Source of the DNA: Promethearchaeota archaeon
Lineage (GTDB): Archaea; Asgardarchaeota; Lokiarchaeia; Sigyniarchaeales; SOKP01
DNA length: 64,000 nucleotides
Assembly: GCA_011364925.1 (NCBI GenBank)
Contig: RDOA01000006.1
Span: forward strand, 32,484 to 96,483
Direction of reading: 5' to 3'
Both the position numbers and the translations under genes were made by a program. Below, piece by piece: positions 25,308 through 35,049 of the stretch (positions are counted from its first letter, which is position 1; the number at the start of each line of letters is the position of its first letter). The notes beneath the pieces are model-generated. The model searched no databases, was not told the origin of the DNA, and saw nothing but the letters and a program-made list of their open reading frames with translations.

Positions 25308-26765
25308 TTATAATTTGACTTTCTTAAAGTCTACTTGTCCTATTGCTTTAGATATTTTGGAGAGTTCAGTCGTTAATGTTACTTCTTTTAGATGTGATTT
25401 CCGGATATTCCTTAATTGCGTTAACTGAGGGTTTTCTTCGTTAAATAAGTTAATTTTTTCTTCAGGGTCAGATTTAAGATCAAATAAAAGCTCCGCATTA
25501 TTTTGCTCATTATAAATATATTTCAATTGGTTTTTCCTAATAGAAATAAGTTGAAATCCATTTTTACTATTACGTTTCATTAACCCATCTTTTTGATATG
25601 TCTCCGAAATTACACAATCATCTCTTTCTAAAAAACCACCTTCTAATAATGGTAATAGACTTGAACCCTGAAATGAATCTGGTATGGGGATACCAAAGTA
25701 ATCAAGTATTGTAGGAGCAATATCAATTAACTGAACTGTGTTGTTGACTCTCCTTACCAGAGTATTCTTACCGATATCAACAATAAACAAAGGTATTCTT
25801 AATAATTCATCATATACAATCCCTTGATGGAAAAATTTGTCATGTTCGAAAAATGCTTCACCATGATCAGAGGTAACAATAACCAGACAGTTTTTTTGGT
25901 ATTTTTGGCTCAAAATTTTAAAGAGATAACTTAAGTATGAATCAATATAATTTATCTCTCCATCGTAGAGAATTTTTAACTTCTCTAACACATCTTTAGA
26001 AATACGATGTTTATGAGGATTTCGATAAATGTTGTTATTTAGGAAGTTCCTTTCCTGATTGCTTATATCAACATGACTTATCTGAAGAACATTTTTTGAA
26101 GGTGGATTGAATGGACTATGAACATCCATAAAATGTGCCCATAAAAACAAGGATTCAGTATGATTTTTAAGAAAAGGTAAAACTTTATTCGTAATATAAG
26201 GAGCATTATATGCGATTGGCGCGAAGGGTAAAAGAATGTCTGTAAGAAATGGTAGTTTATTCCGCAAGAAATTTTTGAGTTTATTAAAACCTCTTAATCC
26301 ATAAATCAGTCTCCTAAAAATTTTTTGATAATTCAATATCTTTTTAATGAAGTGAAGTAAATTTGAAGTTTTTTCCTCATTATCTGGCTTATTCGGATGT
26401 TCTTTGAATCTTTCACCATCAAGAAAGACATCAAACCCCCTATGATAATTAAAAAATTTACTTAAATTGGGGTTACTGTGTATTCCGTAAGTAAAAATAC
26501 CACTTTCTTTCAGAATTTGAGGAAAGGTTAATTTCTGGGACGGTAAAGGGCTAAATCCTCCATTTATAAGAGGCAACATGGAGGTAAAAATTGATGAAAA
26601 AGCAGAAGGTGTTTCTGGTCCATTGGTAAATGCGTTAGAAAAGCTTGTACCATTTTTTACGAACTTTTCTAAATTTGGTGCCGTATTTCGATGATAACCA
26701 TATGACTTCAAATGATCTGGCCTTAAAGCATCAATGGTTACTAGAATTACACATTTTTGCACCAT
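25308..26765 (-). CDS. sulfatase-fold (PF00884-like) alkaline-phosphatase-superfamily enzyme lacking the C/S-x-P-x-R formylglycine signature
   Basis: 485 aa with VILVTIDALRPDHL...TAPNL at the N-terminus and TSDHGEAFFEH later. At the signature position the sequence reads GPETPSAFSS. Confidence 0.75.
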   Translation of the reverse strand: MVQKCVILVTIDALRPDHLKSYGYHRNTAPNLEKFVKNGTSFSNAFTNGPETPSAFSSIFTSMLPLINGGFSPLPSQKLTFPQILKESGIFTYGIHSNPNLSKFFNYHRGFDVFLDGERFKEHPNKPDNEEKTSNLLHFIKKILNYQKIFRRLIYGLRGFNKLKNFLRNKLPFLTDILLPFAPIAYNAPYITNKVLPFLKNHTESLFLWAHFMDVHSPFNPPSKNVLQISHVDISNQERNFLNNNIYRNPHKHRISKDVLEKLKILYDGEINYIDSYLSYLFKILSQKYQKNCLVIVTSDHGEAFFEHDKFFHQGIVYDELLRIPLFIVDIGKNTLVRRVNNTVQLIDIAPTILDYFGIPIPDSFQGSSLLPLLEGGFLERDDCVISETYQKDGLMKRNSKNGFQLISIRKNQLKYIYNEQNNAELLFDLKSDPEEKINLFNEENPQLTQLRNIRKSHLKEVTLTTELSKISKAIGQVDFKKVKL

Positions 26766-26859
26766 TCTTTTTTCACTATAATAATATAAGAATAGGATTT
26801 TAAATAAAATTTTGAAACTTCCCTATGAGAATGCATTATTTGCGCTTTTTTAATTCAAT

Positions 26860-28113
26860 TTAAGTTTTAAATAAATCTATTGGATCCTTCTCCATATAAT
26901 AGGGTTTTTCTAGTTTAAATAATTTAAGAATAGTTGGTGCAATTTCTTGATAATGTAGTAGTGGGATTGTCCCCTTTTTAATGTCTTTTCCATAAGCTAT
27001 GAACATCCCTTTATTCGTATGACTAAATGTTTCTGTTTTCCTTTTAATAAAGTAAGAGGATTCTGTGGTGAAAAGATATTTATCATCAAGAATCACTACT
27101 AAATCAGGAAATCCATTTACATTAAATTCGATTACTTTTTCAATATATTTATCTCTTTCGAGGGTCTCCTTAATTAATTGTTTCTTCTTTCTCTCCTCAC
27201 CAATTAAAAATATCGCGCCTACATTTGATGTAAGCTTTTGAATAAAAGAACGGGGTTTATCCTTATCTAAATGTTGAAGTGCTCTTTGTTTTTTAAGTTC
27301 CGAGTCTCTCTTCTTCGAGATAGCCAATCTATTATATAATTTTTTGGTAAAATCAACCCTCATAATAGGACGTATATAATCATAAAGTTTTATAACAAGA
27401 CTATTTACCTTCAGCTCCCTAGCTTTATTTATGTAAAGTAACCTCTTTTTCTCAAGGAACCGGGGAAAGTGAATAACCTTTTTATAAAATTTTAGACCAT
27501 GGTCACTAAAAATTACAATATTGTCAATAGATTTATTATCAATTAATTCTCCGATAAATTTATCAATTTGTTTATATCCAATATTAATGTAAGTATTTAC
27601 TATCCTTTCGCTACCAAAAACTCGATGAGAAATAGCGTCTGGCACTCGAATAACAAAGGTAAGTAAATTAAAATCCTCATTTAATTTTTCTAGAAACAGA
27701 TTTTTCTTGATTTTAAAGGCTTTGAATATCTCTTTTAGCGTTCTACCTTCTATTATCCAATTTTTTTTGTAAATTTGTTCAAGATTTTTTGGAAATGACG
27801 AGAATAAAGGAGATAATATTCCTGCGATCATTTGTCCGTTAATTTCCCAGGCAGGGTATGTTCCAGGGACATTTAAAGCAAAAATTCGAAGAGCTTTTAT
27901 TGAAAATATTGATTTATCCCTCCATACATTTGAATTAAAAACACCTTTAATAGGATGGATAAAAGTAAGATAACCTAGGTTTTCTGGATTTATTCCCGTA
28001 AACAAACAAGGCCATGAAGGAATTGTTGTGTGTGGAGTAGTAACTTCTAATTTTGAGGAAAATCCATTTTCAATTAAATATTTAAGATTAGGTACTTCAT
28101 TATTTTCAAGCAA
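26860..28113 (-). CDS. type I phosphodiesterase/nucleotide pyrophosphatase-like (alkaline phosphatase superfamily) protein, paralog 1
   Basis: The 417 aa are counted from TTG. It has TTIPSWPCLFTG (Thr nucleophile region) and FSDHG. The metal-binding GIDGG segment (IKNVIIGIDGGCFESFQN) lies in frame upstream of the TTG, after the stop at 28189-28191. The start is therefore probably ATT (complement of 28165-28167). Confidence 0.75.
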   Translation of the reverse strand: MLENNEVPNLKYLIENGFSSKLEVTTPHTTIPSWPCLFTGINPENLGYLTFIHPIKGVFNSNVWRDKSIFSIKALRIFALNVPGTYPAWEINGQMIAGILSPLFSSFPKNLEQIYKKNWIIEGRTLKEIFKAFKIKKNLFLEKLNEDFNLLTFVIRVPDAISHRVFGSERIVNTYINIGYKQIDKFIGELIDNKSIDNIVIFSDHGLKFYKKVIHFPRFLEKKRLLYINKARELKVNSLVIKLYDYIRPIMRVDFTKKLYNRLAISKKRDSELKKQRALQHLDKDKPRSFIQKLTSNVGAIFLIGEERKKKQLIKETLERDKYIEKVIEFNVNGFPDLVVILDDKYLFTTESSYFIKRKTETFSHTNKGMFIAYGKDIKKGTIPLLHYQEIAPTILKLFKLEKPYYMEKDPIDLFKT

Positions 28114-28486
28114 ATTTTGAAAACTCTCAAAACAACCTCCATCTATACCGATAATAACATTTTTAATTAGAGAACACCAAACCTTGAACTATTATTAATT
28201 CTTTTATAATTTAAAAGTAAAGTGACATAAAAAAATTTTGAATGAGGGTTTTTAATGAGTAAAAGTATTTTTACTAATCAAATCTACTTCGATCTAAATT
28301 CTCTTTTGAGATTTTTTAGCTTAAAACATACTAATCATAATTTTATGATTTTTGAGAAAAAATAAGAATCAGTTGCTGTTGTATTAGTTCTAATTTCTAT
28401 GATGTAAGATTTTTCTAAAATTTTAAATTATCTTTGAGATTGTTTTAATATAATTTTAATGTGTAATTTATTTCGAAATTGAAAAG

Positions 28487-29662
28487 ATGCTAAATCTTCT
28501 TATATTTACCCCTTTAGCCTTTGAAAATGGAAGAGGTGGAGAAATCTCTGCTATGGAATTAGCTGTAGGTTTAGATCGATATTACAATATTACTTTACTT
28601 GATACAAATATAGTGATAGGTGACGAAATATTAACAAAGAATTTAATAAAAAATAAGTTAAAAGGGTTAAAAAGAATTGGAAGAATCAAATTTGCAGTAT
28701 TAAGATTTTTCGACAAAGTATTTACATTTCCGTATCCTTGGGAAATTGTCAGGCTCTATAAAATAATTAAAAAGAATGATATTATTTATACATCAGCTTT
28801 AACAATTAAAACAAATTTATTGTTAATATTTTTTAAGTTGTTACATAGAAAGGGTAAATTCATAATAGGCCATAGAAAACCTCTCTATAGTGGAAGAGTT
28901 TTTTCCTTATATAATCTCAAGTATCGAATTTCAATTTTAGTATTTTCTCTCTTTAAGAAGAGACTTTATCATCACACAATTTCGAATCACGCTAGAGATT
29001 TTCTGAAAACATTTTTTCCCTCAGATAAGGTAAAGCATATTACTCACGGTGTTGATTTAATAAATTTTTCACAGGGAAAAGCCGTTAAAAAACAAACCGA
29101 AGTATTAAAATTTATCTATGTAGGATATCTTGATGATGTTCATAAAGGAATAGGTGTTTTATTAGATGCAATAGAGGAAGTACTCCAAAATAACCAAGAC
29201 TACAAGATACTCTTCGAATTCTGTGGTACAGGGCCTTTAAAACCAAAGATTGAAGAATTACAAACAAAGTTTCCAACTTTTGTAATATACCATGGATATA
29301 TAAGTAATAATCTCATCCATGAATATTATCAAAATTGCGATGTTTTCCTTCTTACGTCTCGAAGAGAACCGTTTGGAAGAGTATTAGTTGAAGCAATGGC
29401 AGCAGGCTTATTAATAGTAAGTAGCAAAACAATAGGCTCAATAGAGATTTTAAAAGGAAAGGATTTTGGATTTTTCATACAAAAACTTACACCTAAGGGA
29501 ATTTCAGATAAAATTATCGAAGTCTATGATTTATGGTGTAATCAAAAATCGAAATTTAGAGAACTTCAGCAAGAATCCAGGGATTACGCCTTCCAATTTT
29601 ATTCAGTTGATGTAGAAGTCCAAATGTTTAAAAATTTAATTGAAAATTTACAAGATAATTAA
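28487..29662 (+). CDS. glycosyltransferase, GT-B fold, family 4-like
   Basis: 391 aa with the E-x7-E region REPFGRVLVEAMAAGLLIV. Confidence 0.85.
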   Translation: MLNLLIFTPLAFENGRGGEISAMELAVGLDRYYNITLLDTNIVIGDEILTKNLIKNKLKGLKRIGRIKFAVLRFFDKVFTFPYPWEIVRLYKIIKKNDIIYTSALTIKTNLLLIFFKLLHRKGKFIIGHRKPLYSGRVFSLYNLKYRISILVFSLFKKRLYHHTISNHARDFLKTFFPSDKVKHITHGVDLINFSQGKAVKKQTEVLKFIYVGYLDDVHKGIGVLLDAIEEVLQNNQDYKILFEFCGTGPLKPKIEELQTKFPTFVIYHGYISNNLIHEYYQNCDVFLLTSRREPFGRVLVEAMAAGLLIVSSKTIGSIEILKGKDFGFFIQKLTPKGISDKIIEVYDLWCNQKSKFRELQQESRDYAFQFYSVDVEVQMFKNLIENLQDN

Positions 29663-29746
29663 CGATTAAGTTTAATTAAGAAAGTTTTTTAGATATATTA
29701 AATACATCCTAGTTATATTTTACTGATTATTACAATTTAAACTTAG

Positions 29747-30856
29747 ATGTCGAGATTCAAATTAAAAAGTGTTTTATTTATAGGGAATTATGATGAAGAA
29801 TACTCCCGTAATGCGATTTTTATAAAAGGTTTAAGAAAAAACAAGATTATAGTTCATGAATTTAACATTAAATCTTATAATATAATAAAGAATGGTTTAA
29901 TCTGTCTAAAGAATTTCAAAAGATTGAATTCTATGAATTATGATTTAATCTTATTGCACGCACCTAACAACATTCAGGTTTTATTCGCGAAACTTCTCTC
30001 AAAAATTAAACAAATACCTCTAGTTCACGATATCTACATATCAAAACTCCAAACTTTTTATTATGATAGAGATTTGGTTGGTAAAACAAAAATGCCTAGG
30101 ATATTTTATAAATTCTTTTATTATCTACAAGATTTTTTTGAATGTGCTATATCAGATCACATTATACTTGATACTTATTCTCACATTCAATATTTTAATC
30201 ATAAATATAATATTCGGTTGGTGAAGTTTAGCAGAGTCTTTATTGGTGCTCAAGAAGATAACTTTTTTCCAAGAAAAAAAACTACTATTCAAGACGACAA
30301 ATTTTTAATAGGATTTTGGGGAACATTCATACCCTTACAAGGAATTAAATACATAATAGAAGCTGCTAAAATATTGGAGAATGATATTAAAGTACGATTT
30401 ATCCTAATTGGAGATGGTCAAACATTCAAAATTTCAAAATTATTAGCAGAAAAGCTACAATTGAAGAATATCGTATTTAAGGGTTTCATACCATTAAGGG
30501 AGTTGCCAGAACACATTTCAAGCTTTGATATTGGTTTAGGTATTTTTGGAGATACTCCTAAAACAGTTCAAGTTATCCCAAATAAAGTTTTTGAGGGTAA
30601 CGCAATGAAGCTGCCAATGATTTCTTGCGATAGTAGTGCAATTCGTGAACTGTTTACTCACGAAAAAGATATATTTTTATGTAAGCGAGCAAATTCGGAA
30701 TCGATTGCGAACGCGATCTTAACAATGAAAAATAATGATGATTTAAGAGAAAAAATAAAGAAGAATGCTTATGATATCTTTACTAAATTTTGTTCAATCA
30801 ATGCATTAGCTTTTAGATTAATAGAAATACTAGAGAAGATCTTGAATCAATATTAG
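29747..30856 (+). CDS. putative glycosyltransferase, GT-B fold (GT1/GT4-like)
   Basis: 369 aa. The C-terminal half (GFWGTFIPLQGI..., IPNKVFEGNAMKLPMISCDSSAIRELF) fits a GT-B donor-binding domain. Confidence 0.6.
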   Translation: MSRFKLKSVLFIGNYDEEYSRNAIFIKGLRKNKIIVHEFNIKSYNIIKNGLICLKNFKRLNSMNYDLILLHAPNNIQVLFAKLLSKIKQIPLVHDIYISKLQTFYYDRDLVGKTKMPRIFYKFFYYLQDFFECAISDHIILDTYSHIQYFNHKYNIRLVKFSRVFIGAQEDNFFPRKKTTIQDDKFLIGFWGTFIPLQGIKYIIEAAKILENDIKVRFILIGDGQTFKISKLLAEKLQLKNIVFKGFIPLRELPEHISSFDIGLGIFGDTPKTVQVIPNKVFEGNAMKLPMISCDSSAIRELFTHEKDIFLCKRANSESIANAILTMKNNDDLREKIKKNAYDIFTKFCSINALAFRLIEILEKILNQY

Positions 30857-30877
30857 TCTTAGCAATAATTTTATGGA

Positions 30878-31648
30878 CTATCTTTTTTTCTTTTTAATAT
30901 AACCGATTCCTGCCCATTGCTGATCCCAATCTTCTACAATTTCTAAATACTCATAATCTTCTTTAATTTCGTTCCATAATTTATTGACATTAACATCCTG
31001 ATCGCCCGGATGAACAACAATATCATGAAAACCAACAATTCCTTGCTCGTTAAGTAAAGATTTATACATTTCGAAATCCTTTTTAACTCCTCTATATGTA
31101 TGATCACCATCAAGAAAGAGAAGATCGACTTTTTTATCTTTTAATAAGTTCTGGACCTTTTTTAGAGTGAACTTTGAATGTGAATCAGCGCGAATTAAAA
31201 ATATCTTCTGATTTTTGGAAACAAAGCTTTTATAGAGAGGAACTCTGTATTTAGGATACCCCCCACCAAATTTTGCCCTTGGTAAATCAATACTTATAAT
31301 AATGGCATCATTTGTAGCAATTCTTGAAAGCAAGAATAATGTACCTCCTTTCATAGTGCCAATTTCTACAATAACATGTAGTTTTTGTGGTTTTAGCAAT
31401 TCTAGTAGTTGTATAATTTCTGATGTCTTTTGCTTTGGCTTAATCAATCCTTCGTATGTTTTATATGTAAAATCTACTAAGCTTTTTATTGAATAATTTT
31501 TAGTTAAGCGCTTGATTTTATATCTCAGCATGTGAACATAAACAAATTTTTTGAATCTTTGAAAGAGGCTTGAGATTAGATATAGTATTCCTTCTCCTTC
31601 GATTATTTCTACTACTAGTTTTTTGAAATTATTTAAAAAAGTTCTCAT
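30878..31648 (-). CDS. class I SAM-dependent methyltransferase (CmcI / Methyltransf_24-like, sugar O-methyltransferase candidate)
   Basis: 256 aa with VIVEIGTMKGGTLFLLS (SAM motif I), IISIDL, and FLDGDHTYRGVKKDFEMY. Confidence 0.7.
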   Translation of the reverse strand: MRTFLNNFKKLVVEIIEGEGILYLISSLFQRFKKFVYVHMLRYKIKRLTKNYSIKSLVDFTYKTYEGLIKPKQKTSEIIQLLELLKPQKLHVIVEIGTMKGGTLFLLSRIATNDAIIISIDLPRAKFGGGYPKYRVPLYKSFVSKNQKIFLIRADSHSKFTLKKVQNLLKDKKVDLLFLDGDHTYRGVKKDFEMYKSLLNEQGIVGFHDIVVHPGDQDVNVNKLWNEIKEDYEYLEIVEDWDQQWAGIGYIKKKKR

Positions 31649-31681
31649 TTTAAGCTAAAAAGCAGATTTTGTTTGATTCTA

Positions 31682-32821
31682 TTATTTTAATAACCCTTTA
31701 TTCTTCAATTCCTTTAATGCAAGTGAAGATTTATCTTCAATTTTACCTTCTTGAAGCCTTACCCATTGTATCAATTCCTTCATTCCATCATCGAAAGAAT
31801 ATTCAGGATTGAAACCTAATTTTGAAGAGATTTTAGAGATATCAGAAACACAATGACGGATATCACCTGGACGGAATTGATTAGTTATTATTGGTTTAAT
31901 TTGAGGATTTATATATTCAGCGAGTTTCTTAGCAACATTTAGTATACTGATTGGTTTACCCGCTCCCACATTAAATATTTCGTTTTTTGCTAATGGTTTC
32001 TCCATTGATAATAGAAAGGATTGACAGATATCATTAATATGAATAAAATCTCTTGTTTGTTCTCCATCTTCAAAAATAGTCGGAGGATTTCCACATAATA
32101 AACTACTTGAAAATATAGCACAAACTCCTGTGTAGGGATTAGATAATGACTGGCGACTTCCATAAACATTAAATAATCTTAGGGCTGTTGTATTAATTCC
32201 ATAGGTTTCTCCAACTAGTAGTGACATCTTTTCTTGTTCTTTTTTGGTTAATGCGTAAATTGACGTACAATCTTGAGGTTTATTTTCATCGGTAGGAATA
32301 GGTTTGGCTTTTTTTCCACATATAGGACAATTCATTTCCCAATCTCCTCTTTCTAGTTGAGGAGTCTTTCTAAGTTCAGGATTAACCTCTCCGCAATCTT
32401 CACAGAGATAAGCACCTTCACCATATGTAGACATAGAAGAGGCAACAATAACTTTTCTTACATCATTAGGTTTATTTACCAATAAATCTAACAATCTAGC
32501 TGTTCCTAAAACATTAATATCAACGTACTTATCAATTTGATACATTGATTGCCCAACTCCGACCATAGCAGCCAAATTCACAATTACTTCTATATCTTCT
32601 AAGCTTTTTAATAGCTCTTTTTGATTTCTTATATCGTCTTTGATAAATTTTATATTTTCTGAAAGATATGGAGGAGGGGTTGATATATTTCCATGAACTT
32701 GAGATTCCAATGAATCATAAACAGTTACAACATGATTTTTTTCAAGAAGTTTGTCAACGAGATGACTTCCAATAAATCCTGCCCCGCCAATCACTAAAAT
32801 CTCTTTTGACATTAGTTTCAC
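31682..32821 (-). CDS. NAD-dependent epimerase/dehydratase with an inserted 4-Cys zinc ribbon
   Basis: 379 aa with ILVIGGAGFIGSHLVDKLL and YALTK (YxxxK). Between them lies an insert, CEDCGEVNPELRKTPQLERGDWEMNCPICGKK. Confidence 0.85.
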   Translation of the reverse strand: MKLMSKEILVIGGAGFIGSHLVDKLLEKNHVVTVYDSLESQVHGNISTPPPYLSENIKFIKDDIRNQKELLKSLEDIEVIVNLAAMVGVGQSMYQIDKYVDINVLGTARLLDLLVNKPNDVRKVIVASSMSTYGEGAYLCEDCGEVNPELRKTPQLERGDWEMNCPICGKKAKPIPTDENKPQDCTSIYALTKKEQEKMSLLVGETYGINTTALRLFNVYGSRQSLSNPYTGVCAIFSSSLLCGNPPTIFEDGEQTRDFIHINDICQSFLLSMEKPLAKNEIFNVGAGKPISILNVAKKLAEYINPQIKPIITNQFRPGDIRHCVSDISKISSKLGFNPEYSFDDGMKELIQWVRLQEGKIEDKSSLALKELKNKGLLK

Positions 32822-32913
32822 TTGAAGAATTTTTAGTATAGAATGGGAAAAAAAATTTATTAAGCTAAATTAGTTTTTCGAAAATGGATTTACTCAACAT
32901 TAATATTTAATGA

Positions 32914-34122
32914 CTATATTAGGTTTTTTCTCTTTTTATATTTCTTTCTAAAAAAAAATACTTCAAAAAATGCAACAATTCGAATTAAAACATCTAAATA
33001 GGTATAGAAAATTAATTTTATAAAGAAGATAAATGACAAATTTACCTTTTGATCTTTATTAGCGGTCTTATTGTAGAAAATACATTTTCTAATTCGTGAT
33101 AAATATTGAGATTCAAAAAAAATCAAGCCAAAAAGAAATAAATAGATATTTACTAATATCAAAAAAGGAGAAATTAGAATATAGATTGAAATTACTGATA
33201 ATAAGATGAATTTTAAAATACTAAATTTCTTCTTAGCTCTAAGCATAGTGCTTAGAGAGTTATCAATCCAGCGAATATTTTGCGTTATTGACTCTGTGAC
33301 TTTTGATGGATAATTAAGAGTTTCAGCTCTCTTCTCTAATAATTGTCTAACCTTGAATTTTTTGGTTTTAAAAAGATTGCCTATAGCTCTATTATCATCA
33401 CCTAACATACCCTCTGGAATTTTTCTTCCAATCTCTTCTAATACCTTATTAGAAAAACACAGGTTTGCGCCAATAACATCCATTTCGTTAGGTCTAAATT
33501 TTTTTCTAAATGCAGTATTACGGTTTAAAAATAAATATTTCACCAAATCACTATTTAATAAGGAATAATGAGGAAAAAATCCACCAACTAAAACATCATA
33601 TTGTAGATTTACGATGTAATATACCATTGAAATAACAATATCATCACTAAGGAGGGTACCAACATCAATTATATATATTAAACCTTCTGAAACATAATCT
33701 AGTGCATCATTTATAGCAGCGTTCTTTCCTCTTCCCTTTTTCTGGCGAATTATTATGAAATTTGTATAGTTGTTAAATGAGTCAGCAATATCTTCTGTTT
33801 CCTTTGACCCTCCCGCATTAACAATCACTTTAATTTTTGGATAAGAAAGATTTTTAATCGCTAGTAAACTACTTCTTAAAATTTCTCCCTCTTTCCAAGC
33901 AGGAACAATTATATTAACTGTGGGTGTCTGCTTTAAATCATTGAAAGTTATATCGATTCGTTTGATATTTTTTATAGGTTTGATGTAAGAGCGGTCTCTT
34001 ATTGAGAGCAAAATAATATGTATGAAAATTACCAGTAATGCAACTATTATAATGAAAACATTAGAGAAAATCAAATCTAATGTTAAATCAATAATCGGAA
34101 GAAAGTTTTGTACGAAATTCAT
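32914..34122 (-). CDS. membrane-integrated processive family-2 glycosyltransferase (PgaC/IcaA/NodC/cellulose-synthase-like)
   Basis: 402 aa with an N-terminal TM segment, a GT2 core (NIIVPAWKEGE, IIDVGTLLSDD, GDDNRAIG), the QxxRW motif (QNIRW), and 3-4 C-terminal TM helices. Confidence 0.8.
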   Translation of the reverse strand: MNFVQNFLPIIDLTLDLIFSNVFIIIVALLVIFIHIILLSIRDRSYIKPIKNIKRIDITFNDLKQTPTVNIIVPAWKEGEILRSSLLAIKNLSYPKIKVIVNAGGSKETEDIADSFNNYTNFIIIRQKKGRGKNAAINDALDYVSEGLIYIIDVGTLLSDDIVISMVYYIVNLQYDVLVGGFFPHYSLLNSDLVKYLFLNRNTAFRKKFRPNEMDVIGANLCFSNKVLEEIGRKIPEGMLGDDNRAIGNLFKTKKFKVRQLLEKRAETLNYPSKVTESITQNIRWIDNSLSTMLRAKKKFSILKFILLSVISIYILISPFLILVNIYLFLFGLIFFESQYLSRIRKCIFYNKTANKDQKVNLSFIFFIKLIFYTYLDVLIRIVAFFEVFFFRKKYKKRKNLI

Positions 34123-34379
34123 GGAATTTTCCTTGAAATCTATTTTTATTGCTCAAAGTACACTAATCTTATTAATAATTTTAATTTAATCAATTAGTAT
34201 ATTAATCCTATTAATCAGTAATTTTTTCTTGAAACAATAAATTGAACTACCAAGAAATATGTTAAAAAAATTGATGGAATCCATTTAGAAAGTGAAATTA
34301 ATATAAAAAAGAGTTTTTAAATCATAAAAGATTGTTTAAAATTAATTGATAAATTCAAATAAGGAATTTGCGATATTTC

Positions 34380-35024
34380 ATGAAAGTTTTAGCTATAGGA
34401 GTTCATCCGGACGATGTAGAATTCGGCATGGGGGCAACTTTATCCAAACACATATCTCTTGGACATGAAGTACATGTAATAGTTTTAACGGATGGCGCAA
34501 GAGATGAATTAGGAAATTATACGAAGTCTAATGAGAGACGCCAAGAATCTATTAATGCTTTAAAGATTTTAGGTTATGATAATGAAATTATATTCTTGAA
34601 TTTACCAAAAGTTACCCGTGATCAATCAACAATTCGGATTTTAGAAGAAAAAATTGATCTCTATAAACCAGATCGTATATATACTCACTCAAGAAATGAT
34701 CGTCATCAAGATCATAGAAATTGTTGTTATGCGGTATTGAGTGCTGGAAGATATATTAATGAAATTCTATTATTTGAAGTTTATTCAGTTTTTCCAGAAT
34801 TTGTTCCAAATTATATAATTAATATCTCGAAAGATTTGTTAGATTTGAAAATAAAGGCAAATTGTCAATTTAAAAGTCAATTTAAGATGGAATTAATTAC
34901 AAAAATGCTTGAAGGATTGGCAATAAAAAATAGTTTTCAAAATTATGCACTTAAAACTGAAGAAATTCGATACTCAGAAGGTTTTGAGATTGCTAAAATT
35001 GTTAAAAACAACGATCAAGTCTAA
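34380..35024 (+). CDS. PIG-L/LmbE-family N-acetylglucosaminyl deacetylase
   Basis: MKVLAIGVHPDDVEFGMGATL (the PDD motif) and HQDHR (the HxxH-type zinc site). The ORF track starts at TTG 34368; ATG 34380 gives the typical N-terminus. Confidence 0.85.
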   Translation: MKVLAIGVHPDDVEFGMGATLSKHISLGHEVHVIVLTDGARDELGNYTKSNERRQESINALKILGYDNEIIFLNLPKVTRDQSTIRILEEKIDLYKPDRIYTHSRNDRHQDHRNCCYAVLSAGRYINEILLFEVYSVFPEFVPNYIINISKDLLDLKIKANCQFKSQFKMELITKMLEGLAIKNSFQNYALKTEEIRYSEGFEIAKIVKNNDQV

Positions 35025-35049
35025 TTTGGAGAATTAACAGTTTATAGAA

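Noticed and set aside
28192-28486. A small ORF (MSKSIFTNQIYFDLNSLLRFFSLKHTNHNFMIFEKK) in the divergent spacer between the NPP-like gene and the GT4 gene
   Set aside because: It has no motif, no SD and no obvious relation to its neighbours. Short ORFs of this size are expected by chance.
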